In this document: one piece after another, positions 43,174-57,736 of the stretch
How positions within the stretch are numbered: the stretch's first letter is position 1
How the letters are laid out: every line of letters begins with the position of its first letter
From: Alphaproteobacteria bacterium
Lineage (GTDB): Bacteria; Pseudomonadota; Alphaproteobacteria; MPNO01
DNA length: 64,000 nucleotides
Assembly: GCA_965248835.1 (NCBI GenBank)
Contig: CBDFLJ010000001.1
Location: 640,001 to 704,000, forward strand
Direction of reading: 5' to 3'
Made by a program: the position numbers and the translations under genes
Notes under the pieces: model-generated
The model's input: only the letters and a program-made list of their open reading frames with translations
Databases searched by the model: none
What the model was told of the DNA's origin: nothing

Positions 43174-43650
43174 CTAACGGCCGGGCCGCGCATCCGAATC
43201 GGCCCGAATGGTTCGTTCGAGCCGACGAAGGGCGGCTCGCAGCCCCCGATCCTCGATCTCGACGATCGACGCCTGCGGCGGCGCCCGGTCCGGCCCCGCG
43301 CCGTCGGCGGGTGTGCCGTCTTCCTGGCGCCCAGGATGCGCCTCGACCGGGGCCTGGTGCAACGCCAGACCCTGCAGCGCCGCGTACCCGTAATAGGCGT
43401 TGAGGCGCTCGATCACCAGCGGCGCGATATGCTGAAGCTCGACCGCGAAAGGCCCGTCGACCTTGATGTGCAGGGTTCCGCGCGTCCGCTCCTTGCGTGG
43501 AAAGACGACCTTGAGCGGCACGGTCCTGCGGGCAAGCTCGGCACCGACGATAGATGGCCATTGGGTGACCAGCGCCGGCTCGCTGAAGCCGCGGCGCCAA
43601 AAGGCCTGGCGGACCATCTTCGAGACCATGGCGTTCAATGCGGCGGCCAA
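43174..43650 (-). CDS. DUF721/DciA family protein
   Basis: RRGF....LVTQWPSIVG, GTLHIKV.G..A.ELQH...IERLNAYYG; usual mutY-DUF721-dsbA-smc synteny. Confidence 0.82.
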   Translation of the reverse strand: MAAALNAMVSKMVRQAFWRRGFSEPALVTQWPSIVGAELARRTVPLKVVFPRKERTRGTLHIKVDGPFAVELQHIAPLVIERLNAYYGYAALQGLALHQAPVEAHPGRQEDGTPADGAGPDRAPPQASIVEIEDRGLRAALRRLERTIRADSDARPGR

Positions 43651-43741
43651 CCCAGGCTCCGTCCTCGCCGTGCGGTTGACATGGTATTCTGGGGCCGCGC
43701 GCGAGACAACGAACCGGTGATTCGCCGATGGGAAGGGTTGG

Positions 43742-45957
<2,216 letters not shown>

Positions 45958-45989
45958 TTCATCCGGCCGGGTTTTCCCAGATATTGGGT

Positions 45990-46604
45990 TCAGTCCGGCC
46001 CTGACCGCAAGATCTTGCGGATCGGCGCGAAGGTCCGCCGGTGATGCGGAGTGATGCCCTGGCGGTCGAGCCCGTCTTTGTGCTCGGGCGTGCCGTAGCC
46101 GGCGTTGCGCTCCCAGCCGAAGCCGGGGTAGCGGGCGGCGAGCCGGGCCATGATCCGATCGCGGGTGACCTTGGCGACGATCGAAGCCGCGGCGATAGAC
46201 AGCGAGCGGGCATCGCCGCCGATGACGGGCTCGGCACGGCAGGCGAGCGCGGGCACCCGGTTGCCGTCGACCAGGGCGAGCGTGGGTGCAACGGGCAATG
46301 CCTCCACCGCGCGCGCCATCGCCTTGAAGGTCGCCTGGAGGATGTTGCGGCGCTCGATCTCGGCAACGCTCGCGGCACCGATCCCGATCGCGGCGTGGCG
46401 GCACAGCCCGTCGAAGAGCGCACGCCGCCTGGTGGCGCTCAATCGCTTGGAATCGTCGAGCCCGTCGGCGAGCGCGGCCGGCAGCCTGTCGGGGTCGAGC
46501 ACCACGGCGGCGGCGACCACCGGGCCCGCCCACGGGCCGCGGCCGGCCTCGTCGATACCGGCCACCACTCCGGAGCGGTCGCGCTCGATCGAGAAGTCAG
46601 GCAT
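45990..46604 (-). CDS. rnhB: ribonuclease HII
   Basis: GIDEAGRGPWAGPV, DDSKRLS, LVDGN, SIAAASIVAKVTRD, GYGT..H, HRRTFAP. Confidence 0.96.
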   Translation of the reverse strand: MPDFSIERDRSGVVAGIDEAGRGPWAGPVVAAAVVLDPDRLPAALADGLDDSKRLSATRRRALFDGLCRHAAIGIGAASVAEIERRNILQATFKAMARAVEALPVAPTLALVDGNRVPALACRAEPVIGGDARSLSIAAASIVAKVTRDRIMARLAARYPGFGWERNAGYGTPEHKDGLDRQGITPHHRRTFAPIRKILRSGPD

Positions 46605-46798
46605 CGGCGGGACCGGGGCCCGGCAGCCGCTCCGGACGGTCCTCGATCACGGTCCGGCGCGCGGTCCTGAACGGCGTGGCCAGCAGCGGCATCAGCGGCA
46701 CCGTGGCGAGATTGTCGGTTATGAACGCGCGATCGACCGGAAGAATACCATCACCGGGAGGCTCCGGGTCGGCCGCGCTGATTCGATGAGATCGCGCG

Positions 46799-47878
46799 TC
46801 AAAAAAGCGCCATCTGGTCGCCGCGACGCTGCGGCCTGCGGAACGAGGCGGTGTCGAGCCTGGGACGCTTCTCGCCGAAGCCGATCCGCTTGCAGGCGAG
46901 CTCGAAGCGTTTCTGAAGCAAGTCCGCAAACGGTCCGGTGCCGCGCATCCGCCGGCCGAAGGACGAGTCGTAGAGCTTGCCGCCGCGCGACTGCTTTATC
47001 AGGCTGAGCACTCGCGCGGCACGCGCGGGCCGGTGGGTCTGCAGCCACTCGGTAAACAGGTCGGCGATCTCCAGCGGCAGCCGCAGCAGGATGTAGGAAG
47101 CGAACCCGGCGCCTGCCTCACGGCCGGCAGCCAGGATCTCCTCCAACTCCGAATCCGTCAGACCCGGGATCATCGGGGCTGCCATCACTCCGGTCGGGAT
47201 CCCCGCCCCGCTCAACCGCCGCAGCGTCTCGACCCGGCGCATCGGCGTCGGCGCACGGGGCTCCAACGTCCGGGCGATCTCCCGGTCGAGTGTGGTCACC
47301 GACACGCAGACCTGAGCCAGACCGCGCGCGGCCATGCGCTCCAATATGTCGATGTCGCGCACCACGAGCGCCGACTTGGTGACGATGCTCACCGGGTGGT
47401 TGCAGGCATCGAGCACCTCGAGGATCGACCGGGTGATGCGATACTCCTTCTCGATCGGCTGGTAGGGATCGGTGTTGGTGCCCATCGCCATCACCGCGCA
47501 CGCGTATTTCGGATCGTGCAGCGCGTCTTCGAGCAGCCGCGCCGCATCGGGCTTGTAGAAGAGCCTGGTCTCGAAATCGAGCCCGGGGGACAGACCGAGG
47601 AAGGCATGGCTCGGCCGCGCGAAGCAGTAGATGCAACCGTGCTCGCAGCCGCGATAGGGGTTGATCGAGCGGTCGAACGGAACGTCGGGCGAGACGTTGC
47701 GCGCGATGATGCTGCGCGACCGGTCGACGCTCACCGTGGTGCGCAGAGGCGGCAGGTCTTCCTCGGCAAGCAGCCAGCCGTCGTCGACGGCCTCGCGCTG
47801 GTGCGCCTCGAACCGGCCGACCCGGTTGCTGACCGCGCCACGGCCTTTGCGGGCAAGCCCTGGCAGGGGCGTGTTCAT
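46799..47878 (-). CDS. PA0069/Rv2578c-family radical SAM protein (SPL-like)
   Basis: KGRGA, SINPYRGCEHGCIYCFARP, GTNTDPYQPIE, LRLPLE. Confidence 0.92.
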   Translation of the reverse strand: MNTPLPGLARKGRGAVSNRVGRFEAHQREAVDDGWLLAEEDLPPLRTTVSVDRSRSIIARNVSPDVPFDRSINPYRGCEHGCIYCFARPSHAFLGLSPGLDFETRLFYKPDAARLLEDALHDPKYACAVMAMGTNTDPYQPIEKEYRITRSILEVLDACNHPVSIVTKSALVVRDIDILERMAARGLAQVCVSVTTLDREIARTLEPRAPTPMRRVETLRRLSGAGIPTGVMAAPMIPGLTDSELEEILAAGREAGAGFASYILLRLPLEIADLFTEWLQTHRPARAARVLSLIKQSRGGKLYDSSFGRRMRGTGPFADLLQKRFELACKRIGFGEKRPRLDTASFRRPQRRGDQMALF

Positions 47879-47902
47879 GGCGTGAATATAGTCTTCTTTT
47901 TA

Positions 47903-47917
47903 GAACATATCAAGAAC
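47903..47917. promoter_or_regulatory. alphaproteobacterial LexA (SOS) box
   Basis: GAAC-ATATCAA-GAAC, a perfect GAAC-N7-GAAC (GTTC-N7-GTTC), about 25 nt upstream of the radical SAM start in an AT-rich patch. Confidence 0.88.
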
Positions 47918-48004
47918 AAAATGCCGTAGTCGGCGATCGAATTGGACAGCGGCCGGCGCGCGCGGCAGAAAGCCGAAGGACCGTTCGACCGAAAGGGCTG
48001 AGAA

Positions 48005-48682
48005 ATCCGGCTCAGCGTCATCATCCCGGCGCTCGATGCCGCCGCCACGCTCGCGGCAACGACCGGAGCGCTTGTCGACCCCTCGGGCGCGCCGGTCGAG
48101 GTAATCGTCGTCGACGGCGGCTCGGGCGATGACACCGCGGACGTGGCACGGCGCTGCGGCGCGCGCCTGATCGCCGCCCCGCCGGGCCGGGGCGGCCAGC
48201 TCCGCGCCGGCGCGCAAGCGGCCTCGGGCGATTGGCTGCTGTTCCTGCATGCCGATACGGTGCTTGATCCGGGATGGGCGGCGTGCGTGCGTGCGCATGT
48301 CGGTCGGGCCGATGCGCGCCGCCGCGCGGCGGTCTTCCGCTTCGCGCTGGACAGCGATGCGCCGGCCGCGCGCCGGCTGGAGGCGGTGGTCGCCTGGCGG
48401 ACCCGCCGGCTCGGCCTGCCGTACGGCGATCAGGGCCTGCTGATCTCGCGCGCGCTCTACGAGGAGATCGGCGGGTTCCGCCCGCTGGTGCTGATGGAAG
48501 ACGTCGACATCATCAGGCGCATCGGCCGGCGGCGGCTCGACCTGCTGGAGGCGCGCGCGGTGACCTCGGCGGTGCGCTACCGGCGGTCGGGGTATTTCCG
48601 GCGGCCGGCCCGCAACCTGTTCTGCCTGAGCCTCTACTTCCTGGGCCTGCCGCCGCGCCTGATCGCCGGGCTCTACCGGTGA
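48005..48682 (+). CDS. GT2 glycosyltransferase (TIGR04283-like); canonical start missing
   Basis: [46 protein letters not shown]; an in-frame TGA at 47999 precedes the domain. Confidence 0.8.
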   Translation: MRLSVIIPALDAAATLAATTGALVDPSGAPVEVIVVDGGSGDDTADVARRCGARLIAAPPGRGGQLRAGAQAASGDWLLFLHADTVLDPGWAACVRAHVGRADARRRAAVFRFALDSDAPAARRLEAVVAWRTRRLGLPYGDQGLLISRALYEEIGGFRPLVLMEDVDIIRRIGRRRLDLLEARAVTSAVRYRRSGYFRRPARNLFCLSLYFLGLPPRLIAGLYR

Positions 48683-49284
48683 GCCGCCGCCGCGCCCCGG
48701 TGGTCTATGTCTTCGCCCGCGCGCCGGCCCTCGGCGCCGTCAAGACCCGTCTTGCCGCGGGCATCGGCGCGGTCCCGGCGCTCGCGTTCCACCGGCAGAG
48801 CACGCAGGCGCTGCTCCGCCGGATCGGCGCGGACCGGCGGTGGCGCACTGTGCTCGCACTCACGCCGCACACCGCGCTGCGCTCGCCCGGCCGATGGCCG
48901 GGCTCCCCGCCGTGCATCGACCAGGGCACCGGCGATCTGGGCCGGCGCATGGCCCGGGTGCTGGACGCCGACCGGAGGGTGCCGGCGCTGCTCATCGGCA
49001 GCGACATTCCCGACATCGCAACGGGGCACATCGCGCGCGCGTTCGCGGCCCTCGGCGAGGCCGATCTGGTGTTCGGGCCGGCGCGCGACGGCGGCTACTG
49101 GCTGGTCGGCCGGCGCCCGGGCGTGGCGCTTGGCGGGCTGTTCGAGAGCGTGCGCTGGTCGAGCCCGCACGCCTTGGCCGACACACAGGCCAACATCCCC
49201 TCCCACCGCAGGGCGGTGCTGCTCGAGATGCTGGAGGATATCGACGACGCGGCCGCTTACGCCCGGTGGCGCGCGCGGCGTTAG
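48679..49284 (+). CDS. DUF2064/TIGR04282-like glycosyltransferase
   Basis: [50 protein letters not shown]. Confidence 0.88.
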   Translation: MSRRRAPVVYVFARAPALGAVKTRLAAGIGAVPALAFHRQSTQALLRRIGADRRWRTVLALTPHTALRSPGRWPGSPPCIDQGTGDLGRRMARVLDADRRVPALLIGSDIPDIATGHIARAFAALGEADLVFGPARDGGYWLVGRRPGVALGGLFESVRWSSPHALADTQANIPSHRRAVLLEMLEDIDDAAAYARWRARR

Positions 49285-49303
49285 GGTATGCCGTGGACGC
49301 GCC

Positions 49304-49838
49304 CTAACCCCGTGGGGCCGCCAGATGCTCCTGCAGCCGCGGCATCAGCTCGACGAAGTTGCACGGCTTGTGGCGGATGTCGAGCTGTTGGACCAGGATC
49401 TCGTCCCAGGCATCCCGGCACGCGCCGGTCGAGCCTGGCAGGGCGAACAGGTAGGTGCCGCCGGCCACGCCCGCGGTCGCGCGCGACTGGATGGTCGAGG
49501 TGCCGATCTTGGCGAAGCTGACCATCCGGAAGGTCTCGCCGAAGCCGGCAATCTCCTTGTCGTAGACGGCATGGAACGCTTCGGGGGTGATGTCGCGGCC
49601 GGTAACCCCGGTCCCGCCGGTCGAGATCACCGCATCGATCTCGGGATCTGCGATCCAGGCCCGGAGTTGGGCTTCGATCGCCGCTTGGTCGTCGCGCACG
49701 ATGGTCTTGGCGCCCACCCGGTGGCCCGCCTTCTCGATCCGCTCGACAAGGACCGCGCCGGACCTGTCATCGGCCTCGGTCCTGGTATCGGAGACCGTCA
49801 GGACCGCGATATTGATCGGAGCGAAGGCGACCGACTCG

Positions 49839-49852
<14 letters not shown>
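49304..49852 (-). CDS. moaB: molybdenum cofactor biosynthesis protein B
   Basis: IAVLTVSDTR, STGGTGVTGRD.TPE, QSRA, LPGSTGAC, KPCNFVE. Confidence 0.95.
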
Positions 49853-51695
<1,843 letters not shown>

Positions 51696-51743
51696 CGCGG
51701 TTCCTCTAGCGACCGTTAGCGCATCCTGTCATCGAGGAGCCCA

Positions 51744-52529
51744 TTACAGCGGCTCCACGGTCTCGTTCAGGCGCTTGCTGATAGCGAGGAGGTCTTGCCA
51801 GGCTTCCCGTTTCTGGCCCGGCTGCCGCAACAGATAGGCGGGATGCAGAACGGCGCACAGGGGAACCGGATCCGCCAGGCCGGGCACATTATGGCTGAAC
51901 CAGCGGCCGCGGAGCCGCATGATGCCGTCGCGCGTGTCGAGCAAGGCTTTCGCCGCAGTGCCGCCCACCGCGACGAGGATCCGCGGCCGGGCCAGCGCGA
52001 TATGCCTTTCCAGGAACGGCAAACACACCGCGATCTCCGAATCTGTCGGGTTGCGGTTGCCCGGCGGCCGCCACGGCAGGATGTTGGTGATGTAGGCTTG
52101 GCTGCGGTCCATCCCGATCGCGGCCAGCATGCGGTCCAGCAGCCGCCCGGCCGGTCCGACGAACGGAAGCCCGCGGCGGTCCTCCTCGGCGCCCGGCGCC
52201 TCGCCGATGAACATCAGCGGCGCGCCGGGTGCGCCGTCCGCGAAGACGAAATTGGTCGCCGTCTCCTTGAGCGGGCAGCCGTCGAAGGCCTGGAACGCCG
52301 CGCGAAGTTCCTCGATGCTGCCGGCCGCGTCTGCGGTCTGGCGTGCGCCCGCCGGCGCCCCTTGGCCGTTCGGCGAGGCCGGTTTGGCGGGCGCAGGCGG
52401 CCGGTCCGGAAGCGCGCGGCCCGACGCGGCCACGGCAAACCTGTCGACCGGCGCTATGGCGATCGCCTCGTCCGCACCGGCCTCCATCTGCCAAACAAGC
52501 AACGCTTTCAAACCTTCCCCGGCGGTCAT
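51744..52529 (-). CDS. uracil-DNA glycosylase, family 4
   Basis: GCPLK, IGEAPG.EED..G.PFVG.AG, WRPPGNR.P, HPAYLLR. Confidence 0.93.
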   Translation of the reverse strand: MTAGEGLKALLVWQMEAGADEAIAIAPVDRFAVAASGRALPDRPPAPAKPASPNGQGAPAGARQTADAAGSIEELRAAFQAFDGCPLKETATNFVFADGAPGAPLMFIGEAPGAEEDRRGLPFVGPAGRLLDRMLAAIGMDRSQAYITNILPWRPPGNRNPTDSEIAVCLPFLERHIALARPRILVAVGGTAAKALLDTRDGIMRLRGRWFSHNVPGLADPVPLCAVLHPAYLLRQPGQKREAWQDLLAISKRLNETVEPL

Positions 52530-52616
52530 GGGCCGAACCTAGCATGGCCGGCTACGCTACAAAACCTGTCATTCGATATGCTATAGCTCCGGCGGCGCGT
52601 GGATACGAGGTGGGCG

Positions 52617-54251
52617 GTGGAACGCGACTCCATGGCATTCGACGTCGTCGTGGTCGGTGCCGGCCCTGCCGGGCTGACGACGGCGATCCGTCTCAAGCAG
52701 CTTGCGGCCGAGCACGACCGGGAGATCGGCGTGTGCGTGCTCGAGAAGGGCTCCGAGGTCGGCGCCCACATCCTGTCCGGCGCCGTGCTCGAACCGCGCG
52801 CGCTGCTCGAGCTGTTCCCCGACGCGATCGACAAGGGCGCGCCCTTGCGCACGCCGGTCACCGAAGACCGGTTCGTCCTGCTGACCGGATCTATGTCCAT
52901 CCCGCTTCCGACCCCGCCGCAGATGCGCAATCACGGCAACTACATCATCAGCCTGGGCAATCTGTGCCGCTGGCTGGCCGCCGAAGCCGAGGCGCTGGGC
53001 GTGGAAATCTACCCGGGGTTCGCGGCCGCCGAGGTGCTCTACCACGAGGACGGACGGGTCAAGGGCGTGGCGACCGGGGACATGGGCATCGGCAGCGACG
53101 GGCAGCCCACCGCCAATCACCAGCCGGGCATGGAGCTGCACGCCACGCAGACGGTTTTCGCCGAGGGCTGCCGCGGCTCGCTCGGCAAGCAGCTCATGTC
53201 CCGTTTCGGGCTCCACAAGGCGGCCGATCCCCAGACCTACGCCATCGGGATCAAGGAGCTGTGGGAGGTCGATCCGGCCAAGCACCGGCCCGGCCGGGCC
53301 ACCCATACGATCGGCTGGCCGCTGGCCGGGGATACCTATGGCGGCTCCTTCCTCTACCATCTGGAGGACAATCAGGTCGCGGTCGGCTTTGTCATCGGGC
53401 TCGACTATCCGAACCCGCACCTGTCACCCTACGAGGAATTCCAGCGCTTCAAGTCCCACCCTTCGATCCGGCCCATTTTCGTGGGCGGTCGGCGGGTCGC
53501 CTACGGCGCGCGCGCGCTGAACGAAGGCGGTTTCCAGTCGATCCCCAAACTGGCTTTCCCCGGCGGCGTGCTGGTCGGCTGCGAGGCGGGGTTCATGAAC
53601 GTTCCCAAGATCAAGGGGACCCATACCGCGATGAAGAGCGGCATTCTGGCCGCCGAGGCGCTGTTCGAGGCGCTCGGTGCGGCAAGCCCGCCGGCCGAGG
53701 TCGATACCTACGAGGTGGCGCTGCGCGCAAGCTGGGTGTGGGACGAGCTCAAGGCGGTGCGCAACATCCGTCCGGCATTCCGGTTCGGGTTCTGGGCGGG
53801 GATCGCCTATTCGGCGATCGACACCTACCTGTTGCGCGGCCGCGCGCCCTGGACCATGGGCCATCGCAACGACCATGACAGCCTCAGGAAGGCAAAGGAC
53901 GCGCCGCGGATCGCCTACCCCAAGCCCGACGGCGAGGTGACGTTCGACCGGCTGTCATCGGTGTTCATCTCCAACACCAACCACGAGGAAAATCAGCCCG
54001 CGCACCTCAAGCTGACCGATCCCTCGCTGCCGGTCGCGGTCAACCTGGCCGAGTACGACGCGCCTGAACAGCGGTACTGCCCGGCCGGCGTATACGAGAT
54101 CGTCCGCGAGGACGACGGATCGTGCCCGCGCTTGCAGATCAACGCCCAGAACTGTGTCCACTGCAAGACCTGCGACATCAAGGATCCACGCCAGAACATA
54201 GAGTGGGTGGTGCCCGAGGGCGGCGGCGGGCCGAACTATCCGAATATGTAA
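52617..54251 (+). CDS. electron transfer flavoprotein-ubiquinone oxidoreductase
   Basis: [56 protein letters not shown]. Confidence 0.96.
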   Translation: MERDSMAFDVVVVGAGPAGLTTAIRLKQLAAEHDREIGVCVLEKGSEVGAHILSGAVLEPRALLELFPDAIDKGAPLRTPVTEDRFVLLTGSMSIPLPTPPQMRNHGNYIISLGNLCRWLAAEAEALGVEIYPGFAAAEVLYHEDGRVKGVATGDMGIGSDGQPTANHQPGMELHATQTVFAEGCRGSLGKQLMSRFGLHKAADPQTYAIGIKELWEVDPAKHRPGRATHTIGWPLAGDTYGGSFLYHLEDNQVAVGFVIGLDYPNPHLSPYEEFQRFKSHPSIRPIFVGGRRVAYGARALNEGGFQSIPKLAFPGGVLVGCEAGFMNVPKIKGTHTAMKSGILAAEALFEALGAASPPAEVDTYEVALRASWVWDELKAVRNIRPAFRFGFWAGIAYSAIDTYLLRGRAPWTMGHRNDHDSLRKAKDAPRIAYPKPDGEVTFDRLSSVFISNTNHEENQPAHLKLTDPSLPVAVNLAEYDAPEQRYCPAGVYEIVREDDGSCPRLQINAQNCVHCKTCDIKDPRQNIEWVVPEGGGGPNYPNM

Positions 54252-54425
54252 GGGCGCTGGACCCGCCGGGCCGAACGAGTCATTTTTGACCGATGCGAGC
54301 CGATATATGCGCAAGCGCCTGGTGCGGCTTGGCTTCACGCCCCGGGGTCGCGCCCCGGGGATCGGTGGAGACGGATCGGGCGGGCGGGCGGGTCAGCGCC
54401 CCAACCGTCGGCCAGACGGACCGAG

Positions 54426-56243
54426 GTGTTTGAATTGACCTTCCTGCGGGACACCGGACCGCGGAAATGGCGGCGGCCGCTGGCCATCGGGACGGGCGTC
54501 GTGCTGACGGTCGGCGCCGCGGGCGTGCCGCTGATCTCCTGCGCCCAGGCGCCGGCGCCGGTGCAGCTCCAGACCGCGGCGGTGGACCAGCCGAATTCGG
54601 TCCCGATCAGGGTCGGCTACGAGGTCGGCGCCTCTCCGGTCGGCAACTACCTTGCCGGACGGTTCGCCCAGAAGAGCCGGGATTTCGCCACCGCGGCCCG
54701 GCTGTTGTCGAGCGTGCTCAGATCGGATCCGGGGAACCCGGACCTGCTCCGCCGGGCTTTCTTCGCCAATCTCGCCGGCGGCCAAGTCGCCGCCGCCCGC
54801 CGGCTGGCGCGGCGGATCAAGGCGTCCGGGGAAGCCTCGCCGCTGGCCGATCTGGTCCTTGTCGTCGGCAAGCTGCGCGAGGGCGCCTTCGACCAGGCCG
54901 AACGGATGCTCGGCGCGGTCGGCACCGGCGGGCTCAACGCCTTCATGGTTCCGCTGCTCTCGGCGTGGGCCCAGGCGGGCCAGGGCCGCTTCGACGACGC
55001 GCTGAGGACGCTGACCAAGGCGAAGGAGGGCACCGGCCTCGCGGTCATGGGCGATTTTCATGCCGCTCTGATTCTCGATCTCGCCGGACGCACCGACGAG
55101 GCGGAGAAGCGCTATCTCGCCGCCGTCAACGGTGCGCAGCAGCAGACGGTCCGGCTGGTCGAGGCCATCGGCTCGTTCTACGAGCGCACCGGCCGTCGGG
55201 GCGAAGCGGAGAAGCGCTACCGTGCCTTTATCGCCCAGCACAACGAGTCGCCCCTGCTCGCGCATGCGCTCAAGCGCCTCGCGGCGGGCGATGTGCCCGG
55301 GCACATCGTCGCTGACGCAAGACAAGGCGCCGCAGAGATCTTCTTCAACATCTCAGGGATGCCGCTCCGGGAGAATTCAATCGACATCGCGATGATCTAC
55401 GGCCGCTTGGCCCTCGACCTGCGGCCGCGTTTCCCGCTGGCCAGGGTTCTGGTCGGCCGGATGCTCGAAGCGATCGGCAGAGCCGAGGAAGCGATCGCGG
55501 TCTATGCCGGTGTTGACAAGGCCTCGCCGCTGTGGTGGTCGGCCCGGTTGCGGCGCGCCGGCGGGCTGGAGGTGCTGGGCCGCCAGGAAGAGGCCATCGC
55601 CCAGCTTCGTCAGATGGCCGCGGAGCGCAAGCAGCGCTCGGACGCGCTGACCACTCTCGGCAACATCCTGCGTGCGGCCAAGCGGTTCAAGGAAGCGGTG
55701 GTCGCTTATGATGCCGCGATCAAGCGGGTCGGGCCGTTGGAGCGGCGCCACTGGACGCTGCTCTATTCGCGCGGCATCGCCCTGGAGCGCTCCGACCGGT
55801 GGCAGCGCGCGGAGGCCGATCTCATCGCCGCGCTCAAGCTCAACCCCGACCAGCCCTACGTTCTCAACTATCTCGGCTATTCCTGGGTGGATCGGGGGAT
55901 CAAGCTGGGCCGTGCACGGCGGATGATCGAGCGCGCGGTCGAGCTGCGGCCCAATGACGGCTACATCGTCGATAGTCTGGGCTGGGCGCTCTACCGGATC
56001 AACGAGTTCGGCGGCGCGGTTACCCATCTGGAGCGCGCGGTCGAGCTGCGGCCCGAGGATCCGACGATCAACGATCATCTGGGCGATGCCTATTGGAGGG
56101 TCGGGCGCCACGTCGAGGCGCGGTTCCAATGGCGCCGCTCACTGAGCCTCGATCCCGAGCCGGAGCAGGTCGCCAAGATCCGGCAGAAAATCGAAGACGG
56201 CCTGACGGCGGCCGAGGCCGAGGCCGCCGAAAAAGCGCCCTGA
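54426..56243 (+). CDS. TPR repeat protein (exported)
   Basis: GNYLAGR, multiple TPRs, VLNYLGYSW, GYIVDSLGW, INDHLGDAYWRVGR; usual position upstream of ispE. Confidence 0.88.
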   Translation: MFELTFLRDTGPRKWRRPLAIGTGVVLTVGAAGVPLISCAQAPAPVQLQTAAVDQPNSVPIRVGYEVGASPVGNYLAGRFAQKSRDFATAARLLSSVLRSDPGNPDLLRRAFFANLAGGQVAAARRLARRIKASGEASPLADLVLVVGKLREGAFDQAERMLGAVGTGGLNAFMVPLLSAWAQAGQGRFDDALRTLTKAKEGTGLAVMGDFHAALILDLAGRTDEAEKRYLAAVNGAQQQTVRLVEAIGSFYERTGRRGEAEKRYRAFIAQHNESPLLAHALKRLAAGDVPGHIVADARQGAAEIFFNISGMPLRENSIDIAMIYGRLALDLRPRFPLARVLVGRMLEAIGRAEEAIAVYAGVDKASPLWWSARLRRAGGLEVLGRQEEAIAQLRQMAAERKQRSDALTTLGNILRAAKRFKEAVVAYDAAIKRVGPLERRHWTLLYSRGIALERSDRWQRAEADLIAALKLNPDQPYVLNYLGYSWVDRGIKLGRARRMIERAVELRPNDGYIVDSLGWALYRINEFGGAVTHLERAVELRPEDPTINDHLGDAYWRVGRHVEARFQWRRSLSLDPEPEQVAKIRQKIEDGLTAAEAEAAEKAP

Positions 56244-56249
56244 AGCGCC

Positions 56250-57182
56250 GTGGTCGGAGCCGCAAGGCCGCCTGGTTACCGCGTCCAGGCCGCGGCAAAG
56301 GTAAACCTCACCCTCAACGTCGTCGGCCGTCGCGATGACGGCTATCACCTGATCAACGGGCTGGTCGTCTTCGCGGGCATCGGCGACGTGCTTGAGGTGG
56401 AACCGGCGGAACGCTTCGGGCTGGAGATCGATGGCCCGTTCGGCGAAGCGGTGGCCGCGGGCGGGGACAATCTGGTCGCGCGCGCCGCCCACGGTTTCGC
56501 CGCGCTTGCCGGCCGGGAACCGGCAGTACGGATCACGCTGCGCAAGAACCTGCCGGTGGCTGCCGGCATCGGCGGCGGGTCGGCCGATGCAGGGGCGACA
56601 TTACGGGCCTTGGCAGCGCTTTGGCAGCCCGCGCTCGACCGCTCGGACCTGGAAGAGCTGGCCCTGTCCCTGGGCGCGGATGTGCCGGTGTGCCTTCTCG
56701 CGCGGCCGGCCTACATGTCCGGCATCGGTGAGGTGATCGCCTGCGCGCCGGATTTGCCCGCAGCGCATCTGGTGTTGGTCAACCCGGGCGTGCAACTGTC
56801 GACGGCCACCGTCTTCGCCGGCACGGCGGGCCATTATTCCGCGCCGCGGCAGCGGCTTTCCGGGGCACCTGGCGATGCCGCCGCGCTGGCCGACTGGCTG
56901 CGGGCGGGCGGCAACGACCTGACCCGGGCCGCGTGCGTGCTGGAGCCGCGCATCGCGGTGGCGATCGCGCGGATCGCGGCCGCGCGGGGCTGCTTGCTGG
57001 AACGGATGTCGGGCAGCGGTCCGACCTGCTTCGGCCTGTTCGCCACCGCCGCCGCTGCGCGCCGGGCGGCCCTGGAGATCGCCGCGGAGAATGCCGCCTG
57101 GTGGGTGCGCGCGGCGCCGGTCCTCGCCGAGGCGCCACCGGTCCGCCGGCTCACCCCGGCCCGGCGCCGAAGGTCTCCGTGA
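56250..57182 (+). CDS. ispE: 4-diphosphocytidyl-2-C-methyl-D-erythritol kinase
   Basis: AKVNLTL.VVGRRDDGYH, KNLPVAAGIGGGSADA, LGADVPVC, MSGSGPTCF. Confidence 0.95.
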   Translation: MVGAARPPGYRVQAAAKVNLTLNVVGRRDDGYHLINGLVVFAGIGDVLEVEPAERFGLEIDGPFGEAVAAGGDNLVARAAHGFAALAGREPAVRITLRKNLPVAAGIGGGSADAGATLRALAALWQPALDRSDLEELALSLGADVPVCLLARPAYMSGIGEVIACAPDLPAAHLVLVNPGVQLSTATVFAGTAGHYSAPRQRLSGAPGDAAALADWLRAGGNDLTRAACVLEPRIAVAIARIAAARGCLLERMSGSGPTCFGLFATAAAARRAALEIAAENAAWWVRAAPVLAEAPPVRRLTPARRRRSP

Positions 57183-57270
57183 TCGCTGCTGCAAGCCGGG
57201 GCGTTGCCGTTCACCGCTTCGATGCCCGCGGTTGCGGGGGTGACCGATTGAACCTATGTTCCCGCCGGCC

Positions 57271-57322
57271 GGAGCATGTTCCATTCCGATGGAGCCGGTC
57301 CGGCTTGTCCGGGACATGCTCC
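57271..57322. repeat. palindromic element immediately 5' of tRNA-Gln
   Basis: GGAGCATGTTCC...GGGACATGCTCC (11/12 complementary) enclosing two small hairpins. Confidence 0.6.
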
Positions 57323-57328
57323 AGGCAT

Positions 57329-57402
57329 TGGGGCGTAGCCAAGTGGTAAGGCAACGGGTTTTGATCCCGTGATCCCAGGTTCGAATCCTGGCGCCCCAGC
57401 CA
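57329..57402 (+). tRNA. tRNA-Gln (TTG)
   Basis: Acceptor TGGGGCG/CGCCCCA, D-arm GCC-AAGTGGTAA-GGC, anticodon stem ACGGG/CCCGT with loop TTTTGAT, T-loop GTTCGAATC, encoded CCA. Confidence 0.97.
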
Positions 57403-57428
57403 GGCGAGGCGGCGGACGGACGTGCGCG

Positions 57429-57653
57429 ATGCCCGAGACCCTCGATGCAACGGGGTTGAGATGCCCTCTGCCCGTGCTGCGTGCGCGCAAGGCGATCAGA
57501 GTGGTCGAGGCCGGCGGAACGCTGGTCGTGCTGGCGACCGACCCGGCGGCCGTCGACGACTTCCGCGCCTTCTGCGCGGAAGCCGGGCATGGCTTCGTCG
57601 AATGGTCGCGCAACGGCGAGGTCTTCCGCATCACCGTCCGCAAGGCGGGCTGA
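57429..57653 (+). CDS. TusA family sulfur carrier
   Basis: LDATGLRCPLPVL, LVVLATDP.A..DF.AFC...GH. Confidence 0.92.
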   Translation: MPETLDATGLRCPLPVLRARKAIRVVEAGGTLVVLATDPAAVDDFRAFCAEAGHGFVEWSRNGEVFRITVRKAG

Positions 57654-57736
57654 CGGCGACCCCGTCGGGGACGCGTGGACGGCCCGTCTTTCGTCAGCAA
57701 TAATCGCGCGCAGCGGCGAGGATCGGAGGGACGACG

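Noticed and set aside
47999-48001. Selenocysteine codon in the glycosyltransferase
   Set aside because: The TGA lies before the conserved domain, at no known Cys position, and I cannot see a convincing SECIS; kept only as an unlikely alternative.
54327-54360. Repeated CGCCCCGGGG after ETF-QO
   Set aside because: Only two copies forming a GC hairpin; not an array and probably a terminator or chance.
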